From positions 32,001-96,000 of the IMG/VR virus record IMGVR_UViG_3300005077_000489: a stretch of 64,000 bases of DNA. One strand, written 5' to 3'. The translations under genes were made by a program, and so were the position numbers. Below the pieces are notes generated by a model. The model was not told the origin of the DNA. It was given only the letters and a program-made list of their open reading frames with translations, and did not search any database. Below are positions 1 to 9,602 of the stretch, one piece after another. Positions within the stretch are counted from its first letter, which is position 1; the number at the start of each line of letters is the position of its first letter. The DNA comes from a virus (taxonomy: Duplodnaviria > Caudoviricetes).

Positions 1-31
1 AGGAATTGAAAGATAAGAATGGAGGAAAATA

Positions 32-1063
32 ATGTCGGAAGTATTTTTACCAAATAAAGGTGTAGACATAGGTACATCATATATTGTTGTTGCCAAGCAG
101 AAGGATGACGGTAATGTCTCTTTCGTGTCTGAAAGAGATGCTTTTTTTACTATAGAGCCCAAGACCGCACAGCAGGCTAAGCTAATAGAGAATATGTTAA
201 TAAAACGTGGTGCATTTACTTTAAAATCAGATGGTAAATTTTACGTTGTCGGTCAGTGTGCTATCGATTTGGCTAATGAGCGTAATTCTGAGGTATCTAG
301 ACCACTAAAACGTGGGGTACTGACAGCAGATAATATTGATAGTTTCGGAATGTTGGCTGTAGTTATCGAGGCTCTAGTTGGTAGAGCAACTGTTGATGGG
401 GAGACTTGCACATATTGTTATCCTGCAGACCCTGTGGATGCTACCTACAATGTGATTTATCACAAGAATAGATTGAATGAAATTTTTAAAGATTTAGGAT
501 ATAGCCCTATAAGCGTTCTGGAAAGTGAGGCATTAGCTTACTCGGAATTGTTAGAAGATGAATTGACCGGTATAACTATCAGTTGTGGTGCAGGCATGTT
601 TAATACCACAGTGTCTTATTTAGGAGAGTCCATAGACTCTTTTTCTATTTCGCGGGGAGGAGATTGGATTGATTCCATGGTCGCTAGAAACTTTAATTTA
701 CCGGAATCGGTTATACAAGCCGAGAAAGAAGATGGTTTAGATTTGCTAATAAATTATGATAAAGGTTCCTTATCAGGTAGAATCAAGAAGAATTTAATAG
801 ACTTTTATGAGGAATTAATAAATTATTATGTGGCTGTGCTTTCAGCCAAACTTAAAAATATAGAAAATTTACCTAAGTTTAAAAATCCTCTAAATGTTGT
901 TATCTCTGGTGGTACTTCTTTAGCCACTGGTTTTATCGATAAGTTTATAGTAGCTATGAATAATAATACTTTTCCGTTCGTGATAGGGGAGGTAAGGCAC
1001 GCTGAATCACCTTTAACTTCAGTGGCTAATGGTTGTTTAATCTATAGCCAGTTGGAGTCGTAA
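32..1063 (+). CDS. Actin-like ATPase (FtsA/MreB/ParM superfamily)
   Basis: Phosphate-1 GVDIGTSYIVV, phosphate-2 ISCGAGMFN, adenosine motif VVISGGTSLA and C-terminal ANG connect motif; GGAGG RBS upstream. Confidence 0.85.
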   Translation: MSEVFLPNKGVDIGTSYIVVAKQKDDGNVSFVSERDAFFTIEPKTAQQAKLIENMLIKRGAFTLKSDGKFYVVGQCAIDLANERNSEVSRPLKRGVLTADNIDSFGMLAVVIEALVGRATVDGETCTYCYPADPVDATYNVIYHKNRLNEIFKDLGYSPISVLESEALAYSELLEDELTGITISCGAGMFNTTVSYLGESIDSFSISRGGDWIDSMVARNFNLPESVIQAEKEDGLDLLINYDKGSLSGRIKKNLIDFYEELINYYVAVLSAKLKNIENLPKFKNPLNVVISGGTSLATGFIDKFIVAMNNNTFPFVIGEVRHAESPLTSVANGCLIYSQLES

Positions 1064-1077
1064 TAAGGAGAGAAGCC

Positions 1078-1368
1078 ATGAATATAGAAGAAACTGTAGT
1101 AATAAATGGATTCGCGTGGATCGATGATGAAACTGGTGAGTTGGTGTGGGCATATAGGGAAGAGTTTGATGGAGTGAAACCCTCAGATAGACCTGCCGGG
1201 GCGACGCCGGTAATTATAGAAATTACTCCTTCTGACGAGTGGGTGACCAAACAACAATCCGGTGGTGATAAGGAATTTTTGGGAGACTTACAAAAGCAAT
1301 TGATTTATTTTAAGGATGAGTTAGATAAAATACAACGTTCTATGAGAGTGGAGGCGGAGAATGGCTAA
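1078..1368 (+). CDS. Hypothetical protein
   Basis: 96-aa ORF with AAGGAG RBS, packed in the operon. Confidence 0.7.
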   Translation: MNIEETVVINGFAWIDDETGELVWAYREEFDGVKPSDRPAGATPVIIEITPSDEWVTKQQSGGDKEFLGDLQKQLIYFKDELDKIQRSMRVEAENG

Positions 1369-1651
1369 TTATGTAAGATCAGAGAGTCTTGGAGAACCAT
1401 ATGGAGAAGACCGGAGTGAAATGACGCCTACAAGGAGAAAACATATCCATAAGCATCGGAAGTGGGCTGATACTTATGGTCCAAAACTACCGTATGACTT
1501 CGGTATTTTTAAACCTAAGTTGGGTAAACACACCAGGGAATTTATTATAGAATGCGAATGTGGTCATCATATGTATGTTAGTAAAATAACTAAAGCCATA
1601 ATATGTTCCCGTTGTAATACTCTCTGTAATGTGGAGATTGGTGATGAGTGA
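1361..1651 (+). CDS. Hypothetical protein with C-terminal zinc ribbon
   Basis: CECG...CSRC; overlaps neighbouring genes. Confidence 0.65.
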   Translation: MANYVRSESLGEPYGEDRSEMTPTRRKHIHKHRKWADTYGPKLPYDFGIFKPKLGKHTREFIIECECGHHMYVSKITKAIICSRCNTLCNVEIGDE

Positions 1652-2144
1652 AGATTATATAAAATATATATTTGATGTAATAGACGGAAAGGTTAAGTTT
1701 GATAAAATTGACCAAAAGAAGCGAGGGAGGAAACCTGGTTATAAGCACTCCGCTGTAACTAGAGAGAAAATAGCGGATAGAATGCGGAACAGAGTAAAAT
1801 CTGATGAGATAAGAGATAAGATTTCAAGTTCATTAAAAGGGAGGTCTAAACCAGAGGAAGTGAAAGATAAGATTTCTAAGGCAAAGACAAAACATACTAT
1901 TTCTGCAGATTTATTAAATCAATACACCGGAAGAATAAAAGAAAAAGACGTGTCTATGTCTACGGCAGAGTGGCTAGAAAGGTGCGGTCATAGCCGAAAG
2001 GAGATTAAGCGTTGGATTGAGGAGAACTATGAGGCATTTAATGACTGTGATGATATTTGTACCGAAAGTTATTTAAAGGCTTTATCTATAAAAGAAGAAG
2101 CGATTTTGGAAGAATATAGTCAACATCCTGAAGACTGGAGATAA
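1644..2144 (+). CDS. NUMOD3-repeat DNA-binding protein (no nuclease domain recognised)
   Basis: Repeats HSAVTREKIA / KSDEIRDKISSSLKG / KPEEVKDKISKAK. ATG 1644 has GGAG upstream; the track starts at 1629. Confidence 0.6.
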   Translation: MSEDYIKYIFDVIDGKVKFDKIDQKKRGRKPGYKHSAVTREKIADRMRNRVKSDEIRDKISSSLKGRSKPEEVKDKISKAKTKHTISADLLNQYTGRIKEKDVSMSTAEWLERCGHSRKEIKRWIEENYEAFNDCDDICTESYLKALSIKEEAILEEYSQHPEDWR

Positions 2145-2148
2145 GCGT

Positions 2149-2823
2149 ATGTCAGAGGATAAAAAAGAAAAGCGTGTTTGGTCCTATCAATTAAAGGAGC
2201 AGAAACAACGTGCCAAGAAGGCTGGTAAGAAGGTAGTTAATGAAAGTTTTAATCCTAAATCTAAGGAGAACTTGATTCAATATTCCAGACCTAAATTAGA
2301 GAAGGAAAAGGAAAAAATAAAAAAAGATATAGTAAAAGACCCCAGTATTGATATAGACGAGGAAATGTTAGAAATAATTATTCCCACCAAAAGTATATTT
2401 AGTCCAGAAGAATCCAAACGTTTTTTCTTAATGTTCAAATTACATATAAAAGAACTTTCAGAAAATGATTCAAAACTAACAGTCTCAGATATGAAGGCTG
2501 TAGCTAAATTATGCAAAAACACTATACTAGAAGATAGGTTATTGGAGGTAGCTAAGAAATCGAAAGATGGTGAGGCTATAACGAGTATGATGGCTTCCAT
2601 CGATAAGCTAAATAAGGACACAGAAAAATTAACTGAAAAACTTGCTACGGATAGAAAGCAGAGGATAGACCCTAGAGCAGGTAAAGATATAACAGTTAAT
2701 GATATTTTGTTTTTAGTGGATGAAGAGAGACAAAAAGGTATAGATAAACTTAGGATTTATAAAGAGGAAGAAGATAAGATAAAGGATAAGGTTAAGAGTT
2801 CTATAGAGGAAATGATTACGTAA
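2149..2823 (+). CDS. Probable terminase small subunit
   Basis: Abuts terL; helical, charged 224-aa protein; assigned by position only. Confidence 0.45.
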   Translation: MSEDKKEKRVWSYQLKEQKQRAKKAGKKVVNESFNPKSKENLIQYSRPKLEKEKEKIKKDIVKDPSIDIDEEMLEIIIPTKSIFSPEESKRFFLMFKLHIKELSENDSKLTVSDMKAVAKLCKNTILEDRLLEVAKKSKDGEAITSMMASIDKLNKDTEKLTEKLATDRKQRIDPRAGKDITVNDILFLVDEERQKGIDKLRIYKEEEDKIKDKVKSSIEEMIT

Positions 2824-4617
2824 ATGGGTAATTTTTTAAATGATGCAACACGGTCGGAAGTAGAGATGTGGCGTAAATTTCCGGGTTACGCTGCTAATAG
2901 ATTATTGTACTTACCCACCTCAGAGAACAGATTTGCTCAATATAATATGATACCAGTACAACGTGTAGTTGCTAATAAGGTTTGGCGTGGTACTAGTGGT
3001 ATCGTAGTGGCTTGCCGTGGTTGGGGAAAAACCAGGATGGCTGCCGTATTGGCAATACTTAAAGCATGGTTGTGGCCCGGTCGAAGAGTCGGATGCCTCT
3101 CAGCATCTTTTCGTCAGTCGAAACAGATATTTGAAGAGATAGAAAAAATTTGGGCTGGTTCACCTCTACTACAACAATCTACTACTCGTCACCCTATCAT
3201 GTCTAATGATGCTTGTAAATTAGACTTTAAGTCTATTCCAGGCTCAGACCCCTCCACTATTCGGGCTCTCCCCCTCGCAGATGGAACCAAAATAAGAGGA
3301 CAACGTTTTCACACCATCATCGTGGATGAGTGCGTACATGTGCCGGAAGACGTTTTTAATATGGTTATTCGACCAATGGCTGCTACTCATCAGGACCCTA
3401 TTAGAGCTATGTGGGTTGGTGAGGAGAAAGAGAAAATATGGGAAGATTCTTCTTTATCAGAAGATGAGAAACTTATACAGATAAAAATGTTGGATGAAGG
3501 TACAGATAACCAAATAATTATGTTAACATCCGGTTATTATTCTTTCAATTATGTATATAAATTATATTGCAGTTATAGTGATCGTATGCATGGTAGATTC
3601 ACTAATATGGATGAAAGCATACGTTCGGAGTTTTCTGGATTTCAAGAGGATAATCCAGAAGATTATGCTACTTTCCAAATCCCATACCAGGCTCTAACCA
3701 GTGATAGGTCTACGAAGCACTTCTTTGATTTAAGAGGGTTAGAGCGTGCTAAGACAGACATGAATCGGTTACAGTTCAGGATGGAATATGAGGCGGCTTG
3801 GATACAAGATACCGGTGGGTGGTTTAAAACATCTGACATAGAAGCCTGTAGTCCTACCAAATTAGGTTTTAATTTGCCAGTACAAACCAGGGGGACGCTA
3901 GGGAAAGAATACGTTTTGGGGTTAGACCCGGCTCGCCACAGAGACGCATTTGCTTTTGTAATAGCAGAATATGACCCTACTTTTGGTGCTAAGTTCGTCT
4001 ATGCTGAGCAACATTTTGGGGATGCAGCGTACACACCTAAAATGGTTAAGAGAATCTTTGAATTAGCTAACGAATTTAATATAGTAAGAATAGGAATGGA
4101 CCAAGGCGGCGGCGGTATTCAAGTTGCTGACTATTTGGCTGAGGGTACACTAGACAGTTTACCTATATATAACATGGAAGAAGAGAAGTATCGTGGTCTC
4201 CGCGGGCAGCATATTTTGAAGGTAGTAAATTTTAATTCTTCTTGGATAGAAGAAGTGCATAACCGTGCATATAATTTATTACAGAGACGCCAAATGGCAT
4301 TTCCTGCTCTTAGCATAGAGGGTGGTATAACAGATAATCAACAAGGTCTTTTTAAGTCTATATACGATACTGTAGAACGTATGAAGACACAGATATTGAG
4401 TATAGAACCTTCTCAGACACGTTTAGGCGGAAGATTAAAATTTGATTTACCTGAGGAGGGCGGTGGTCTGGACCAACACAAAGACTTATATTCGGCTTGG
4501 TTAATTGTTTGTGATATTATATATCAATTTTTAGAGAGAAAGAACGTAGCACAATTTAGAATGCCACAAATAGGGATTATTACTCCTCGTAGGGGTAGAT
4601 ATGGAATGTGGCTTTAA
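2824..4617 (+). CDS. terL: Terminase large subunit
   Basis: Walker A CRGWGKT, Walker B IIVDE, nuclease motifs VLGLDPA, GMDQGGGG and DLYSA. Confidence 0.93.
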   Translation: MGNFLNDATRSEVEMWRKFPGYAANRLLYLPTSENRFAQYNMIPVQRVVANKVWRGTSGIVVACRGWGKTRMAAVLAILKAWLWPGRRVGCLSASFRQSKQIFEEIEKIWAGSPLLQQSTTRHPIMSNDACKLDFKSIPGSDPSTIRALPLADGTKIRGQRFHTIIVDECVHVPEDVFNMVIRPMAATHQDPIRAMWVGEEKEKIWEDSSLSEDEKLIQIKMLDEGTDNQIIMLTSGYYSFNYVYKLYCSYSDRMHGRFTNMDESIRSEFSGFQEDNPEDYATFQIPYQALTSDRSTKHFFDLRGLERAKTDMNRLQFRMEYEAAWIQDTGGWFKTSDIEACSPTKLGFNLPVQTRGTLGKEYVLGLDPARHRDAFAFVIAEYDPTFGAKFVYAEQHFGDAAYTPKMVKRIFELANEFNIVRIGMDQGGGGIQVADYLAEGTLDSLPIYNMEEEKYRGLRGQHILKVVNFNSSWIEEVHNRAYNLLQRRQMAFPALSIEGGITDNQQGLFKSIYDTVERMKTQILSIEPSQTRLGGRLKFDLPEEGGGLDQHKDLYSAWLIVCDIIYQFLERKNVAQFRMPQIGIITPRRGRYGMWL

Positions 4618-4629
4618 AGGAATATTATA

Positions 4630-6621
4630 ATGGAAGAGAAAGATTATATAAATGCTAAACAAGAATTACTGGATTTCGGTGAAGCAGAATTGGTGGGTTC
4701 TTATCGAGGTTCAGAAGAGGGTCAAAGAAAGTTAGTATTTAAGAAGAAATCATTAGCATATTTGAGAAGTGAGGAGCAGCCTAATACCTTTTTCCACGGC
4801 GTGCCTCCTAATATGAAATATAAATTGAAACAGCATGCTGCTATTATGTACCGAGATACGTTGATGCGGTCTGACCTGGACTTGGCTAAACCAGATGTTG
4901 TAAATGAAGCTCCGCATGCCTTATACATGAAGGTTAGGGGTTATTATAGGTCCAAGGACGTATTCGGTGCTTTTATTGATGCTTTAGTTAATTTAACTAT
5001 ATCTGGTTTTGAAAATGATTGCGAAGACCCAAAAATAAAAGAATTCTATGACAATTGGTGCCAAGATATAGATATAGAACAAGTACTAGATTGGGTACTG
5101 CAAGAGTTTTATACCTCGGGATTAGTAAGAACTTATAAAGTTTTGGGTAAGTATGAACCACAAATAAATACATTAAAGAAGGTAGTGAAGCCGCCTGAAC
5201 CCAATGCTCCTAAGAAGGCTAAAGCTGAGAGTTATAAGGAATATCAAAAATTAAGAAATATGTGGGAAGCCGGTACTGTTCTAGAAGTACAACCCGGAGA
5301 GAATTATAAGGAATATTCGGAGCGTAAGAAAAGGTGGTCTAAAGGATATGTACCTATTGGCTATACTGTATTAAATCCTACTGAGTTCGAGATTAAGGGT
5401 GCATTGGTTTTTAATCAAACTAGGGTGGTTATGACACCTAATGAGGAACTTGTGGAACTTCTGAAAAAAGAAGATACTAGTACAGAATTAACAGACGGAG
5501 AAAAGGCTATAATAGATAATATACCTCCTGAGATAAAATCTGCCATAAGGAACAATAAGGAGTTTGAACTTGACCCTATGTACGTAGGTGAGGTTGATTA
5601 TCGTAGAATGCCTTTTGAACGCTATCCTATTCCTAAAGCCGCTAGAGCATTAGAGGTTCTTGATTACAAAGAAGCTTTACGTGAAGCGGATTATAGTACT
5701 ATAGACGGTATCACTTCTGAGGTCTTAGTAATCACAATAGGTGATAAAGATAACCCGGTTACAGATCTTGAGGAACTGCGAATTGTGGCTGAGTTATTCG
5801 ATACCCCGCAAAAGGCTTATCAAGTAGTATGGAATCACACACTTAAAGTGGAGCGGATAGAAGCGAAAAATATAGACCAGATTTTTGGTGCTAAAAAATT
5901 TGAACAAGCAGAAAAAGATCTTTCTGGTTCTCTAGGAATACCACGCGGGTTAATAGACGGAGTTATGATAGGAGAAACTAATAAAGATGCTTTGCTGCTG
6001 TCTAGCAAGTCTTTAGCGGCAGAGATATCATACGCTAGGAGGCAAGTCTCCCGGTGGATTTATAAAGAGTACAAACAGATAGCAGAAGCATATGATTTTG
6101 ATAGGTACCCGGCGGTAAGATGGAATGAAATGATACTTAAAGATGAACTGGCTATGAAGACCTTGGTACAAGGCTTAGTAGATAGACGTATTATTTCTTA
6201 CCATACAGCGATTAAACTACTAGGGCATGACCCAGAGTTCGAAAAACAAATGCTTTCTAGTGAATTAAAGGATGTGGAAAACGGTAAGTACGGAATTATT
6301 GGTTCTCCTTTCCAACAAAACAAGGGTGGCGATAATGTACAGGATACGCAGAAAGCTCCTAAGGGTTCTCCTTCTAGTGGTCGTCCCCCGAATCAACCAG
6401 CACCAAAGACACCAAGTCCCGCTACGCCAGACGGCAAGGTGAAAGAAGTTATAAAGAAAGAGACCAAAGAAGTAAAAGAGGTGCACCGTAAAGCAGCGGG
6501 GCTAGAAGAATTGGATAGCCTGACTTTGGAAGAAATAGAACGTATGCAAAAGGTTTTAGAATTAGCAAAACATAGAAAGGAAGAACAATTAGGTAACTTA
6601 ATGGAAGATACAGAGGTTTAA
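4630..6621 (+). CDS. Portal protein
   Basis: Directly after terL; 663 aa; portal-like segments (DYSTIDG, LSGSLGIPRGLIDG, LVDRRIIS); Pro-rich C-terminal tail. Confidence 0.8.
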   Translation: MEEKDYINAKQELLDFGEAELVGSYRGSEEGQRKLVFKKKSLAYLRSEEQPNTFFHGVPPNMKYKLKQHAAIMYRDTLMRSDLDLAKPDVVNEAPHALYMKVRGYYRSKDVFGAFIDALVNLTISGFENDCEDPKIKEFYDNWCQDIDIEQVLDWVLQEFYTSGLVRTYKVLGKYEPQINTLKKVVKPPEPNAPKKAKAESYKEYQKLRNMWEAGTVLEVQPGENYKEYSERKKRWSKGYVPIGYTVLNPTEFEIKGALVFNQTRVVMTPNEELVELLKKEDTSTELTDGEKAIIDNIPPEIKSAIRNNKEFELDPMYVGEVDYRRMPFERYPIPKAARALEVLDYKEALREADYSTIDGITSEVLVITIGDKDNPVTDLEELRIVAELFDTPQKAYQVVWNHTLKVERIEAKNIDQIFGAKKFEQAEKDLSGSLGIPRGLIDGVMIGETNKDALLLSSKSLAAEISYARRQVSRWIYKEYKQIAEAYDFDRYPAVRWNEMILKDELAMKTLVQGLVDRRIISYHTAIKLLGHDPEFEKQMLSSELKDVENGKYGIIGSPFQQNKGGDNVQDTQKAPKGSPSSGRPPNQPAPKTPSPATPDGKVKEVIKKETKEVKEVHRKAAGLEELDSLTLEEIERMQKVLELAKHRKEEQLGNLMEDTEV

Positions 6622-6635
6622 TATGGAGGAGTGGT

Positions 6636-7943
6636 ATGCCAGAAGTATGTGGTGCTTGGACAAAAACAGAAGACACATTTTTGATAGAAAATGCACATAA
6701 AGGTATCAAATGGTTAATAGAGAAGACGGGTCGTACTAAGGATTCTATTACTAAAAGAGCATCTAACTTGCGTGTATCTCTTAGGTCTGTTGTTTTTCTA
6801 AAGCCTTTTACTAAAGAAGAAGACCAATTTATAATAGATAATTATGATTCGCTTTCGTGGAAACAAATTAGTGAGAAATTAGGTTTTAAGATGACTACTG
6901 TTAGGAAACGAGCGAAAAAGTTGGGTTTAAGTGGTGATAGAGATAAATTTATTGATAGGGCTAGAAAAGAAAGAGATGCTATCTGGACTGAAGAAGAAGA
7001 TACTATTTTGAAAAATAATATACATACCAATTATGTGGATATACAAAGGTTACTACCCAAGAAGCGATCTATCGGTGCGATACAAGTTAGATTTTATAAG
7101 TTAGGTATAAATGTTTATAGAGGCGGAACGCAGTGGACAGAGAAGGAATTAGAAATTGTTACCAACAATTATGAGTTAATGACTTTTAGGGAAATAAATA
7201 ATTTATTACCATATAGAAGTTTTGAGTCAGTTAAATTGAAGGGACGATCTCTTATAAAAGAAAATAATGTTGATAGGTCTGCCGTAATACATAGGGCTCT
7301 TTCTAAATATAGAGTAAACAAAGATTATTTTAAGATTTTGACACGTGAAAATTGTTATTGGTTGGGTTTCATTGCAGCAGATGGTTGTGTACAGCCCAGA
7401 GATAAAGGTATAAAATTTGGTTTGTCTATAAAGGATCACTGGCATTTGGAAAGATTTTGTTATTGTGTAGATTTTAATGGCCCCGTATACACGGCAAGAC
7501 GAAGAGTTAGATTACCACAAGGAAACTACGGTACTTATGAAATATCTAGCCTAACTATTAATGCGGTTCCTGAGTGGCTGGAAGATCTTGAGAAACATGC
7601 TAATATTGTTCCCAAGAAATCCCTTGTGTTAAAAGCACCTAACATATATAAGAAAGATTTAGTTTTTAGTTACATTTGCGGTTATATAGATGGTGATGGT
7701 TCTATTACTACTGAGGAAAAGAGGGATAATGTCAAAATTCAGATAATGGGCACTGAATCTGTTATGTCATATATTAAATATTGGTTTGATAAGGAGTTTG
7801 TTACCCATAAGAGATTAGCTTCTATTTATAAACGCGGGAACATCTTCGCCTATAGTTTATCTGGTAAAAGAGCCAAAGAAATAATTTCATATATAAAATC
7901 TTTAGGTGTACCTAAATTATCAAGAAAATGGGATAAGATATAA
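6636..7943 (+). CDS. Free-standing LAGLIDADG homing endonuclease with N-terminal Myb/SANT-like repeats
   Basis: WLGFIAADGCV and YICGYIDGDGSI; repeats WTKTEDTFL, FTKEEDQFI, WTEEEDTIL, WTEKELEIV. Confidence 0.85.
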   Translation: MPEVCGAWTKTEDTFLIENAHKGIKWLIEKTGRTKDSITKRASNLRVSLRSVVFLKPFTKEEDQFIIDNYDSLSWKQISEKLGFKMTTVRKRAKKLGLSGDRDKFIDRARKERDAIWTEEEDTILKNNIHTNYVDIQRLLPKKRSIGAIQVRFYKLGINVYRGGTQWTEKELEIVTNNYELMTFREINNLLPYRSFESVKLKGRSLIKENNVDRSAVIHRALSKYRVNKDYFKILTRENCYWLGFIAADGCVQPRDKGIKFGLSIKDHWHLERFCYCVDFNGPVYTARRRVRLPQGNYGTYEISSLTINAVPEWLEDLEKHANIVPKKSLVLKAPNIYKKDLVFSYICGYIDGDGSITTEEKRDNVKIQIMGTESVMSYIKYWFDKEFVTHKRLASIYKRGNIFAYSLSGKRAKEIISYIKSLGVPKLSRKWDKI

Positions 7944-7960
7944 TTTGGAGGTAGATTGGA

Positions 7961-9262
7961 ATGAAATTAGGAAAATATAGATTTTTTGCTAGGAGTGGTT
8001 ATCTAACAACATTTGCTTCTTTAGATTTGGCTATTAATGATAAGATCTCCAGTGGTCTTTCAGAGCATGTTATGTTTCCAGAGACTATGACTCCAGATAT
8101 TGTTCCATTCTCTGGTAAGATGGTAGAGAGCGGAGCCAACCTAAATAGAGCTTATTTTGCTGTTGATGAACTTGTAAAGGCTTATGATACTATACCATAT
8201 AAACCGTTGGACCTTGAACATGATTTAGAACGTATTATTGGACATATCTGGTCCCATTCATATGTGAATAGGGTTACTAATAAAAAGTTGGATAAAGAGT
8301 ATTTGGCTGGATTATCAATGGAGGAATTAAAGAAATTACAAGTAGACGTAATGATAGGAGGTATAACCTACATAGACAGATTTCCAGAACTAGAAAGTCC
8401 AATAAAAAGAAAGAGTTATGCTTTAAGTATGGAGTGTTACTTCAACAATTATGACTTGATACTCGAAAATGGCGTGAGAGTTACATTAGATGAAGCCATG
8501 TCTCTAGGATTAGAGAGCCTTATAGATATATTGATGGGTGAATTTGATAGTGAGGAATCTCTCATAAAGGCACATAAATTAACTGTAATTATGGCAGACG
8601 GTAAGCCTACTACTATGTCTGTATTTAAATATTTACAGGAAATCATCTTCAGTGGAGTAGCTTTTGTTCTCGCACCAGCGTGCCCTAGCTGTTCGGTGGT
8701 TTTAACTGGCTATGATAACTGTGATTGTAAAGAAAAACAAGCTGCTTCCATTAATAAAGACGAACTTCCTATATTAGACCTCACAAAATTAGATAGTTAT
8801 ATGTCAAAATGGAGAGACTCAAAGGAAGGAAAACCGATGAATGTACAAGTAAAAGAAGATTTAAAGGATAAGGCAGATGTGAGTCCTGCTATGCCTACAG
8901 GTGTAGATACAGTTCCTAATGACTTTACTACGAATCCTACTCCTTGCCCTAATTATAAAGTTAGAGCCGCCGAGGCTGGCACTCCTGAGGATAGTTGGTG
9001 TACCTATGCTGATACTAAATGTGATGTTGCTGGTAATAGGACATTACATGATTGTCTGCGGTGGTCCAAGGATGCAGAAACAGGTAGGTGGTTTTATGAT
9101 ACGCGTAGTACAAAAGGGGAGACAGATTCGGTAGAAGACGAATTAGTTAATGACCCTAAAGAAGAAGCTTCTATAAAGAATAAATATAAGGCTCTCAATA
9201 ATTTTATAGATAGCAAACTCCTAGAAATAGAAGCTAGACGTGTAGCTTCCGAGGAGGAGTAA
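7961..9262 (+). CDS. Prohead maturation protease (probable)
   Basis: NLNRAYF..DEL, KPLDLEH...IIGHI, LSMEC and FSGVAFVLAPACP pattern of phage prohead proteases; position after portal. Confidence 0.7.
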   Translation: MKLGKYRFFARSGYLTTFASLDLAINDKISSGLSEHVMFPETMTPDIVPFSGKMVESGANLNRAYFAVDELVKAYDTIPYKPLDLEHDLERIIGHIWSHSYVNRVTNKKLDKEYLAGLSMEELKKLQVDVMIGGITYIDRFPELESPIKRKSYALSMECYFNNYDLILENGVRVTLDEAMSLGLESLIDILMGEFDSEESLIKAHKLTVIMADGKPTTMSVFKYLQEIIFSGVAFVLAPACPSCSVVLTGYDNCDCKEKQAASINKDELPILDLTKLDSYMSKWRDSKEGKPMNVQVKEDLKDKADVSPAMPTGVDTVPNDFTTNPTPCPNYKVRAAEAGTPEDSWCTYADTKCDVAGNRTLHDCLRWSKDAETGRWFYDTRSTKGETDSVEDELVNDPKEEASIKNKYKALNNFIDSKLLEIEARRVASEEE

Positions 9263-9263
9263 A

Positions 9264-9599
9264 ATGGGAAATTATGATTATGGCGGAAGGAAAGCAGAAG
9301 GAGCTAAACCCTTTTCCGGTTATGCTTGTAAATATGTAACTATTTCTGGGACTAGTTCTGATTACAGTTTGAGAGACAATACTACACTGTTTGATATCAT
9401 TAGTAATCCCGTACAAGTTCTGATAAGAAACGGCTCCCAGAATATTATGGTAAAATTTAATAATTTGGAGTGTGATCTAGTGAGAATTAGTGCCAATGCA
9501 GACTTTGGTGTAGATAGCTTTGTTATTAATGATATATATGTAACTGTATCAGGGGTATCTGATGCAAGCATGGATATTTTTACATTAGGCTGGAATTAG
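9264..9599 (+). CDS. Small beta-rich putative virion protein, paralogue of 12405..12713
   Basis: DYSLRDNTTLFD...VKFN...DIYVTVSG...LGWN matches the paralogue. Confidence 0.6.
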   Translation: MGNYDYGGRKAEGAKPFSGYACKYVTISGTSSDYSLRDNTTLFDIISNPVQVLIRNGSQNIMVKFNNLECDLVRISANADFGVDSFVINDIYVTVSGVSDASMDIFTLGWN

Positions 9600-9602
9600 T
9601 CA

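Noticed and set aside
2824-6621. Intein or intron in terminase or portal linked to the neighbouring endonuclease
   Set aside because: Both genes are continuous and of ordinary size with no splice motifs; the endonuclease has its own RBS and stop
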